Origin: Spizellomyces punctatus DAOM BR117 | Taxonomy: Eukaryota | Assembly: GCA_000182565.2 (NCBI GenBank) | Contig: KQ257451.1 | Reading direction: 5' to 3' (one strand) | Length of the DNA stretch: 20,000 nucleotides | Part shown: positions 11,201 through 19,998 of the stretch, one piece after another | How the letters are laid out: every line of letters starts with the position of its first letter | Position numbering within the stretch: the stretch's first letter is position 1 | Translations under genes and position numbers: made by a program | The notes under the pieces: model-generated | Databases searched by the model: none | Told to the model about the DNA's origin: nothing | The model's input: the letters and a program-made list of their open reading frames with translations, nothing else

Positions 11201-12192
11201 AAGTCACCGACAAGCACATCCCACGATGAAATCTGATCTTTCATTCCGCCGCGAATCACCTTGGTCCGCTTGTCAGATTGGAGGAGAAGCAGTTTCTTGA
11301 ATTTTCTGTCTTTGGACCAATCATTTCCGGCCGTGACTGAGAGGACAATAACAACGGCCACTAGAATGGCTAATCCCTCGATCCATCCATCCTTTGGACA
11401 GATAGCGGTTCCCAGGGATAAAACCACGATGGCACCAACGATGAGGACCTTGATGATTGGGTCGTCCTTGATAGTTTCCCAAACGATTTCCAGAATGGTG
11501 TCCGATCGGGGTGGAGGAATAAGGTTTTGTCCAAAAATCTCTGTACGGATTTCTTTTTCGGCTGCTGTCATGTCTTTTTTAGGTACAGTTGGTTCTCCAG
11601 TAGTTTGAATGTCTGCGTCGGGAGCTACTTTACGATGAGCTTTACTGTGCCTCTTATTCTTTGCAACGTCTGCTTCAACTGCGCCAGTATCTCCAGCTAA
11701 TGATAACCCATTTTCCAAATCTGTTTTCAAAAGATGCCCAACTCCGTCCACGCCGCCGTATTCAGAGTTCAACATCAACAGTTGCGACGGGGAGTTTCTG
11801 TCATCAAAGTTACAAATGCGGCCTAGATCCTCTGGAGTGAGCCCAAACTGATTTGGTGCAAATGTTGGATATTTGGATTTAATATTGGAAAGCGTCTTGC
11901 GTTTCTCAGGATGCGCATCGCCGGGTGGACCTTCATCGTCAATGTCAGGACTTGGATGTGCACGCTCTGTCAACATTGCCTCGCCTGTCCCAGCTCCCAC
12001 TGCTGCAACTTCACCACCATCCGACGGTCGGACGATAGGTGGAAGGTGTCGTGGTTGAGCGACCAGTGGTTCCCTATCATGTGGGTCTGGGTAATGCGGG
12101 CTGGCAGGCGAATCGGGTGATGCAAGGGATTCTTCGCTGCTGTCCACTGCATTGGGGAGGGCACTGCCAGGACGCTTAGGGCGGCTGGACAT
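8299..12192 (-). CDS. PMC1: P-type Ca2+-transporting ATPase, type IIB (PMCA/Pmc1-like), 1297 aa, no coding introns
   Basis: Hallmark motifs: [31 protein letters not shown] (phosphorylation site), KGASE, [44 protein letters not shown], and RKFLQFQL / [18 protein letters not shown] (P2B-type). Multiple hydrophobic segments. Confidence 0.95.
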   Translation of the reverse strand: [1297 protein letters not shown]

Positions 12193-12199
12193 GGTACGT

Positions 12200-12268
12200 C
12201 TGGGCTTGAAAGGAAAACGTTAGATGAAAGGCGGAACTAGGAATGTTCTTTTGAAAACAAGGGAATAC
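12200..12268 (-). other. Probable 5'-UTR intron of the Ca2+-ATPase gene
   Basis: Minus strand: GTATTC donor at 12268, CTAAC branch point, pyrimidine tract TTTTCCTTTC, CAG acceptor at 12200 (7 nt before the ATG; alternative AAG at 12205). Length 69 nt. Upstream frame is closed by TGA with either acceptor. Confidence 0.55.
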
Positions 12269-12609
12269 CACGAGATTTCACAAAGGGGCCGCTTTATTCA
12301 GCGGGTTTGGAAGTACAGATGGTCCGCAGAAAAATGGATGGACAGATAACGTCTTATTTAGCGTCCCTTTTGGTGACCAAAGAGTGCACCTTGGATCCAG
12401 TCAGGCAAAATCCAAGACTTGAGATGGTCGTTTCTACGTTAAACTCTGACCAACGCGGACAAGAGCCATCTAGGTTTGGCCCATGGTCAATTCTATTTTG
12501 AAAATACTCCGATTGGGTTACAAATCGTATTCTTGGTCACATTTGCATTGATTTTCGAATGGGGTAAACCTTAAAGATGATTAAGGCTTACATCTCCGCT
12601 CTGGCTGAG

Positions 12610-12623
12610 TGCTGACGTCAGCA
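12610..12623. promoter_or_regulatory. CRE/ATF-type bZIP site within a 14-bp perfect palindrome TGCTGACGTCAGCA, upstream of the Ca2+-ATPase
   Basis: Exact TGACGTCA core at 12613-12620 with palindromic flanks, ~420 nt upstream of the ATPase ATG. Confidence 0.45.
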
Positions 12624-12968
12624 TTGGAGACACGCGACTTACAAGAACAAGAGGCAATACAGAAGTTGGGCCATCGACCAAAAGAATCTATATACATAAA
12701 CTTTGACAGGTCCGCATAAAAAACTTTACAGCATCGACATCTCTGGTGTCTACAGATGCAGAAAGAACGAGATTGGGTATCCTACATGCAGCCAACTCGC
12801 CACTTTGACTGCATTATAGGGTTCTCGTCGCATTCCAGCTCCATCACTCTAATGTACCCTAAAAGCGAAAATAAACTGTACACACTCAAATAGCATACTG
12901 CATACATTTGCGTTCAATCAAAATCCAAAAAAGAAAGCAACCATTCCCTTTTTATTTTCACTTTCCAT

Positions 12969-14615
12969 TTATTGAAGGGGAGGTTGTTGAGGATATCCAA
13001 GCCCAATTGTCCCCGCGGCACCGGTTACTGGTGCTGGCAGCAAGATTGGCAACATCAATCCAGCATTGGCAGGTACAGAGCTTACTCCAACCGGCGAAGT
13101 GGGCGATATGGGCGTCGTGTGCGGGACCATTGGACTAGGTAGGTATTGGGTGAACGTAGGCCCTTGGTTTTGGGACTGGTGATTTACGGCGATTAACATG
13201 TTTCTATTCGCTCCTCCGCGTCCACGGCCTCGACCTGGTTTATTGCACCGCCCTGCCCGGATATGACGCATCATCGCGTCTTGGCGAGTGAAGGTTACAC
13301 CACAGGGGCAGGAATAGGGCTTTGCGCCGTTGAGGTGCGTCGTTGCATGGCGGGTAAGGTCATGTTTCCGAAGGAAGCCCTTCAAGTTGGCATTAGGTAT
13401 AGTCAACTGGCAAACGTCCATTTGTACAAAATGACATACCTTGTGACACTTGTCGCAAATAAAGTTTCGTTCCCGACCATGTAACCTCGCATGCGAGCGT
13501 AGGGACGAAAGTTTCTTGAATCCCTTTCCACATGCACACTTAAAGTACCCGCCGTCTTTCGTAGCTGCCTCTCCGAGATCCTGATCCGAGCGTAAAGTAC
13601 TGTCCGACGATGATGTTGAGGTTCGTTGGGAGGATGACGGTGTAGATGGAGGCTCTGATGAGGAAGTTGTACCATCCGGTGCGGAAACAATAAGGTTGGG
13701 AACGACTTGCGATATTGCACCAGATTCTCGTACTGGCTCAGAGACCAATGCTCCCAAGTGACCATACTGCCCATCGTTCGAGCCGTTGCCGTCCGTACGA
13801 GTGGGCAATGTGAAATCATCAAATAATCGCTCGAGTCCATCGTCATCACTCTCGAACGAGCTTTCCGACAATGTTATCGGTGATACGCCGATCGCGAGTT
13901 GAGAGTTCAGCGAGTGAGAAGGGTCCGTGCTTGGTCCTTTCAAGAGATTACCATCGTTTCCGAGAGTATCCAGCGATGCAAACAAATCAAGATTTTCTGT
14001 CGAAGCCGTCGTACCGATACCTTCATACGAGGTTGCCCCAAGATATGGCGATACCGAACTTGCCACGCTCATCGGTGAAGCAAAGGCATTGAAAGGTTGT
14101 ACTGGCGACATTGCCGGACTGTGTCCACCGTGCGCGTCATCTATCTTGATGCTGCCGAGACTACTAGAGTTGCGATTGTGCGTCTTTCTTGGAATGTTGT
14201 TGCTCATGGTCGGACTCGCCGCGCTCATTCTTCTTGGTTGTGGAGCGTTGAGCATGTCGTGCCGACTGGGACCGTCGCGCGCGAGGGCGATAGGTGCAAT
14301 AACCTCGGGCGGACCTCCAGTGTTTGGTTGCTGATGCGTGGGAAAGGCCGATCCGGGCGCGTTTGGTGGGTAGGCGTACGGTGAGATGGCGTAAGGAGGA
14401 TAGCCGGGATAGGGATTGAACAGCAAGTGAGGAGGGACCTGTTGTGGTTGTTGTTGAGGGCGGTGATGGTGCTGCGGCGGTTGCTGCTGCTGCTGCTGCT
14501 GCTGCTGCGGTTGTGGATGTTGATGTGGATAGTGTAGTGGTGGCGGCAAAGAAGCATATACTGGCGGATTCTGCTTCCATGTTTGCGGGTTGAACGTGGA
14601 CATGTCAACGTTCAT
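12969..14615 (-). CDS. C2H2 zinc-finger transcription factor (3 fingers, N-terminal polyQ/Pro-rich), Ace2/Swi5-like, Crz1-related; ~528 aa
   Basis: Exons 14615-13440 and 13379-12969; first in-frame ATG at 14615. Spliced fingers: FKCACGKGFKKLSSLRSHARLH-GRERN-FICDKCHKGFLRKHDLTRHATTH-LNGAKP-YSCPCGVTFTRQDAMMRHIRAGRC. RxHDLxRH and a CxCG..F.R.DA..RH...G.C third finger are typical of Ace2/Swi5-family proteins, and Crz1 is similar. Confidence 0.85.
   Translation of the reverse strand: MNVDMSTFNPQTWKQNPPVYASLPPPLHYPHQHPQPQQQQQQQQQPPQHHHRPQQQPQQVPPHLLFNPYPGYPPYAISPYAYPPNAPGSAFPTHQQPNTGGPPEVIAPIALARDGPSRHDMLNAPQPRRMSAASPTMSNNIPRKTHNRNSSSLGSIKIDDAHGGHSPAMSPVQPFNAFASPMSVASSVSPYLGATSYEGIGTTASTENLDLFASLDTLGNDGNLLKGPSTDPSHSLNSQLAIGVSPITLSESSFESDDDGLERLFDDFTLPTRTDGNGSNDGQYGHLGALVSEPVRESGAISQVVPNLIVSAPDGTTSSSEPPSTPSSSQRTSTSSSDSTLRSDQDLGEAATKDGGYFKCACGKGFKKLSSLRSHARLHGRERNFICDKCHKVCHFVQMDVCQLTIPNANLKGFLRKHDLTRHATTHLNGAKPYSCPCGVTFTRQDAMMRHIRAGRCNKPGRGRGRGGANRNMLIAVNHQSQNQGPTFTQYLPSPMVPHTTPISPTSPVGVSSVPANAGLMLPILLPAPVTGAAGTIGLGYPQQPPLQ
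13380..13439 (-). other. 60-nt in-frame, stop-free intron interrupting zinc finger 2
   Basis: GTATGT donor, CCTAAT branch point, AAG acceptor. Removal joins CDKCHK to GFLRKHDLTRH and restores canonical C2H2 spacing. Confidence 0.85.
14482..14508. repeat. (TGC)9 / CAG trinucleotide microsatellite encoding polyglutamine
   Basis: Nine perfect TGC units on the + strand, encoding most of Q9 in the zinc-finger protein. Confidence 0.95.
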
Positions 14616-14676
14616 CGTTCCAAGGCTCCAAATCGCTTGATAGACGGTGCAGCGCACTAGAAAGGGACTTTTTGAA

Positions 14677-14750
14677 CTGCGCAATAAAAATCGTGGTGAG
14701 TGAGCAAGAACCCGCGAAAGATGCAAAACATTGAAGTCGGAAACACTGAC
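14677..14750 (-). other. Possible 5'-UTR intron of the zinc-finger gene
   Basis: Minus strand: AG|GTCAGT donor at 14750, CTCAC branch-like sites, T-rich tract, GCAG acceptor at 14677. Length 74 nt. Confidence 0.4.
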
Positions 14751-16482
14751 CTCTGGAGAACTGCGTGTGGAGATAGGGTCGTTTTTCTACTTTAAAGATT
14801 ACCTCGCGATCAATGTCTGAAATTTTAAACTACGCAACAAGCCTTCAAGGGAATACGGCAATAAAAAGAAACGATTTCTAAAACGATTGAAAGTGAGAAC
14901 AATAAGTCAATGTGGAAATGTTTAAAAAAAAAGAAGACACAATAGGTTTTGAAATTTGGGAGGAGAGAAAGCAATGAGGGCAAGAAGCCTTTATCACTTG
15001 ACTCCAAACTGACGGTAGAATTAGCGATAAAAACACTCACCCGGAATGACAACGTATGGGGGACTTTTTGCAGAGGCGTTTTCGATTGCAAACAAAAAGC
15101 ACAAGAAAGGGCAATGAACGTAAAACAGCAAGGAAAAAACATTAGCGGGAGGTTACAAGGAGAGGACTGATGTCATGGATCATCATCACATCGACATCAC
15201 ACGGGCCTCCTCGGTGGGCTGTAACGCTCTATTTTTTGTGTGTGTGATGTTATGGGCGTTCAAACTACTACGTACGCTCTAATGATGATGGTGATGAGCA
15301 AAAAAGCAAGGATTTCGTTTCGTATGGTTTTATGGTTTTTCGTTCGTTCGTTCTCGTCGGACGTTCACGGTAGGGGGCGGCGGAGGAAAGGAGGAAAAAA
15401 ATAACGCCAAGCAGTGTTTTTCGTCGTCGTGCTCGTTGCGATTAGCTTTTCGTTGTCGATCCCTTCCAACATCTCGCGCATGGGCTCCGATGGTGTCATG
15501 ATGATGATCGGCAAGTCGCGCTGACATCATTCCACATCACCGGAGCGTTCGGTAAGGAAGGGGTAAACAACCCACGCGTTTGGTAATTGCCTTTTGGGTG
15601 CGCTTTTACCCATCTTTTGGTTCAAGTTGAAAGCAACTTTCAGTCGACGTCGATCTGACGTTGGGTTTATGGATTGGCATGAGTAAAGGAAGCAAAGCTA
15701 CCCCCCCACCAACCCGGTTTTTGCTCCAACGCATTTTGGATTCGGTAAATGGGGGGTCCTGGTGTTTGGGGGCAACTTGAAATGTTTTGCAGATCATTAT
15801 ATCTTATACTTCCTAAAAACACATTTGACTATGACCCAAGAAAACAATCTCAAAAAAAACGGTTGCAGGGATGTCAAAAACGGCAGGTAACAGGGAAATC
15901 TAGGTTGAAGGGACATTGTCCATGGTCAGGGATCCTTTATCAGAAGCAGGAAATGCTGAGGAGGTTGCATGACCTTTTGCCCTCGTCCCCAGTTGATAAA
16001 ACGCACTGCAGGACCAGAAGGTTCAAGAACTTTTGTGCGAAAAACATACTCTAAACAGAGAGTGAGAGATGCTAGGCTTTGAACAGTATTTGTCAAAAAG
16101 CACACTTGGTCACGAGGACAAGAATGTGACTTGCCTTAAGCGAACGCTCTCAACGGCCCAATGGCCATAAAATCCCCAAAAAGTTAAAACCCAACAAATA
16201 AACTGGGCGTTGAAGAAATCAATAAAAATAGTTTTTAAATTTCAAAGGCGCAGCTCAACCGTAATTTGTGTAATTTGGGAACCAGGAATTATCATTTGCT
16301 TACGTGACACTTGGAACGGCGACTTATATTTTTACCTACTTTACTTATTGGCCTGCTCGACTGGTTGACAAGATTGATCATGGACTTGACCTTTGGAGGT
16401 GGTTATAAGAACGAGCAAGATTCCATTTTCTACTCTGTCATCTTCAACCTTTTATCGCAGCAGTATTCAATAATCAGACATT

Positions 16483-16965
16483 ATGAAATTCACAGTCTTC
16501 ATCGCAAGTCTTTGTTTTCTCGGCGCCACGGTTGCCGCACCCAGCCGCAGAGCCTTTAATCCAGCCCTCATTCCGCCTACCCAAGTCACACCGGGCAACT
16601 CTGCTTGTCAAGGAGACTCGATTGGTCCGGTAAACCAAATCCGTATTCCGTGCCGTTGCCCGCCCTCCGATGCCCAACTCCGCGCGACAGTCCAACAACA
16701 GCACCCAAACATTCCGCAGGGTCTTGACCTTGATTCAACGCTGAGCAGATTCCAGTTGACGTTGGCATCGTTGCAAACGCTCAAATGCCCGGCGGCTTCG
16801 ACGCAGATCAAGGGCAAACTGGACAAGTTGGGAGCTTTGAAAGCATCCGGGAGGAACGTTCCTCAGGCGGAAGTTGAGGCTGCCATTCGTCCGGTTGAAG
16901 CAACCTTTTCTCCGGTCTTGGTCGGCGCGGCTGGTCCTGGATTTAATGGACAGCGTAAGCAGTAG
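16483..16965 (+). CDS. Small secreted cysteine-containing protein (160 aa), uncharacterised fungal type
   Basis: ATG..TAG single-exon ORF with a typical signal peptide MKFTVFIASLCFLGATVA|AP and dibasic RR just after it. Four Cys in the mature part (ACQG, IPCRCPP, LKCPAAST). GC-richer than its flanks. Confidence 0.85.
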   Translation: MKFTVFIASLCFLGATVAAPSRRAFNPALIPPTQVTPGNSACQGDSIGPVNQIRIPCRCPPSDAQLRATVQQQHPNIPQGLDLDSTLSRFQLTLASLQTLKCPAASTQIKGKLDKLGALKASGRNVPQAEVEAAIRPVEATFSPVLVGAAGPGFNGQRKQ

Positions 16966-18164
16966 ATAGATGATGAATAATCATCATGTAGATCTATACA
17001 AAAATGTACAGCAGTGAGAAATGTAGAAAAAAGTGTAGAGCTTGGATATAGTGTCAAAGGACGGATGATGTGAATACAAATACAGGCGTAGCGTCAGCAG
17101 ATTACAAGCATAGTGACTGGTTTTTGCTATCCAAGTGCAAAAAAGTTGATCATATGTATGTAAGCAGAATCACATATCAGACTTTGAGCATCCAAACTCT
17201 CGCACTGAAGGGACATCGCCAGAGGTTCTCTTTCAAAGGAGCTCCATTTCTGCTAGTCTGTGAAATATACAAGTATATACAGATGCACTGCACATGAAGG
17301 AGGAGTAAATCCACATTAATGGATTTTGAAGAACTTGTTCATACCGCAATCCTGAGTCAGTGTGAGCCATTATTCAATTCTTGCCAATCCGAGCTGGCGT
17401 TCAATGCAACCTTGAGGTAACATGGGCCATTACGCCATTCTTGCGAGTCCATATTGTCGTTCGATTGCCATCTTTCCTATGGTCTTTGCATTACAACCCA
17501 TCACGTTCATACAAGTTTGAAAATAGACTGTTAAGTTGGGACTCGTTTTGCATGGTCGGTGGGCGATCCAGCCATGAGCCGTTTCGACCATCAAAGTCAA
17601 CTCACAGACCGATAGATTCCCCGACCTAACTGTCTTCATCGTTGACCACTTTAATGGCCTCCTTCGTGTTTGTACCAACGGCTTGCGAAACCGACTGCTT
17701 ATTTAACTAATTTATAGACAATGCCAGCATTTACTTGCGTACCGAATCTAACTCTTCTGAAGACTCTTGAATCATGTCAAACAGTTTGATGAGAAATTTT
17801 CCAGCTTAAATCGTTCCATTGATTCTCGTCGGATTCGCTGTGTGCCTCTAACGTGCGCGAATTCCCCATGCGATATTCTAGGTAAATGCGAGCAGTGCTG
17901 AATGCGCTAAACTTCTTTTCCAGAGTGCAACCCGTCAATTTGTCACCCTAGCATTATCCATTTTACCTCATCTACCTAGCTCAGCTCAAGGCCATAGGAA
18001 CGCGCTCGGACGCAATTACCATGCTGGACACGCCATCCGGACAAATCCTGCGATTCCACGTCCCATCCATTGTTGACAGCCAAGGTATGGGACTATCTAC
18101 CTTTTACGTGATGTTATCGAAAGGTAGGGGTACCGCAATTGGTCGTTCAGAACGGACGCACTAC

Positions 18165-18264
18165 NNNNNNNNNNNNNNNNNNNNNNNNNNNNNNNNNNNN
18201 NNNNNNNNNNNNNNNNNNNNNNNNNNNNNNNNNNNNNNNNNNNNNNNNNNNNNNNNNNNNNNNN
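18165..18264. other. Assembly gap (100 N)
   Basis: Run of exactly 100 N, a common placeholder for a gap of unknown size. Confidence 0.99.
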
Positions 18265-19966
18265 CCAGCTGCAGTGTGCGCGATAGGGTGCTCCGGGATT
18301 AGGACTAGTGACCGTTTATCTCTCGCGTGTGATCGCCGTAGTGTCTGGCTGGATTTCGAGCTAACATAGAACTTGTCGGTTCGGGCTCGGGGACTCTGAT
18401 CTCACCCCCTGCTGACATTCCTGTCTCGTCCTTTTGAGCTGCATGTCCCTATATCGGACACTGTCACAGAATCCTCAAATCGGGAGTGGAGCGTGGGCTT
18501 CCCGGCTGTGTCCTTCCTGACCAGCGCCCACTAATAGGACGCTGTCTAATTCATCTTGTCCATTAGATGTTCCATCACTGATTCAAGGACTAGTATTCAG
18601 CGACTCAGTGAGGCTTTCAGGATGAGGTCCTCGCTACGTCTTCTAAAGTGTTGAATCGTATGATGGGGAAAGCGTGCAAGCCTGGGTCGTGCGATGTCAC
18701 CTTTCTATCATTACATGTACGAATACGAATGGGATGACCACCCGATTGCGACTACCGGGGTAAATGCTCTAGCTCCGTGTCCGATAAGCATAACAAATCT
18801 AGAGGAACGTAATTCCATGTCCGAGAAGCATAAAACCTTGATAAGATCGTCCATTTGCCCATCAGTTTGGATGAGTGCATCCAGTCTCAGATAATATAGC
18901 CAAGATGGTGTGTGAGGTGGGTGTATCGGATTGTGTGAGTGTGCCGATTGCGTGAAGTGTGCCGCCTTCATGAGTGTACCGACTGTGTGAGTTGCATCAT
19001 GAACATGTTCGACGTATGATGGGAGTATTTATAACGGTACAAATGCAAACTTTTGTGCGGAGGAGAGCTGGAGATATTTCGTGTGCAGCGACGATTGCAA
19101 CGGCAGAAACAATACATTTTGTAAGCAGCTTGTGAGATGCACCGGGAACATGTCGGATGTCTGCACGCGACCTTGCAAACGCAGACTTTTGCACAGGGGA
19201 GAATCAGAGCTAGTTTGCACAGATAGGAATACCATAGTCAAAACCTACCGTACCTGCGCAGACCTATTGATGAAGGTCTCACCCGAATACTTGCGGCAAA
19301 TGAGGTTTGTGGCTTTCTGGGGTAATTGTATCCATTGGATTGCATGCACTCAGCTTGGAACAACTACCCCACTGCGTATTGGAAGCGGTTGCAACGTATG
19401 ATTTGTGGCGATCGCGAGTTTGAGAGCGCAAGCTGAAGCGTTTGACCAGCATGATGATGCATCACAAGCCTCTCGTGTGGCAGCATCCTCGCACTGTGCT
19501 TCTTTGGCGTACCCGGAGCAAATAACGAGAACCAATCGTATGCAGCGTCGTTACAAACGGAATAATAGTGCAGTCTATGGGTCAGTACATTTTGTAAGAA
19601 AGATTGCAATAGAGTCCAAGTAAATTTGCATGTTTACAGATATTGATATAGACCACGACAGGGAGCACATATATGTGATAGTTGCCACTCCAGATCGCAA
19701 TGTTTGTGCTTGAAGCGACTACTACAAAAGGTCGTTGTTATTGGAGAAAGAGTGGGCGGATCACGACGTGCAATTGGCTACCATGCAAGGTGATTATGAT
19801 CGGAGAGAGTATTACCAGATCAAAATGTTTATGGATGCTCAGAGAGACTAATGTACCCAACATCAAAAATGGTCATTGCTTGAATAACGTATTTCCTAGT
19901 GACAGTTATTGGCAATGGGACAATGTGTACCGGATTGGAATCGTGTATCGGAATGGTTGTGTTTGA

Positions 19967-19998
19967 ATGAAATGCTTATTTATGAAATGCTTATTTAT
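19967..19998. repeat. Perfect 15-bp tandem duplication (ATGAAATGCTTATTT)x2
   Basis: Copies at 19967-19981 and 19982-19996, plus a partial AT. Confidence 0.9.

Noticed and set aside
8984-11608. Several + strand ORFs of 100-200 aa antisense to the Ca2+-ATPase
   Set aside because: Shadow ORFs of a strongly conserved coding strand, with no recognisable motifs.
12193-12968. Crz1-binding CDRE upstream of the Ca2+-ATPase
   Set aside because: Only partial GGCT/GAGGC matches seen; no exact GNGGC(G/T)CA found by eye.
14616-14726. N-terminal extension of the 585-aa ORF resembling a mitochondrial presequence
   Set aside because: Begins at a TTG and overlaps a candidate UTR intron; the first ATG is at 14615.
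15194-15250. 9-bp inverted repeat ACATCACAC / GTGTGATGT in the divergent promoter region
   Set aside because: Too short and low-complexity to support a MITE or structured RNA; no target-site duplication recognised.
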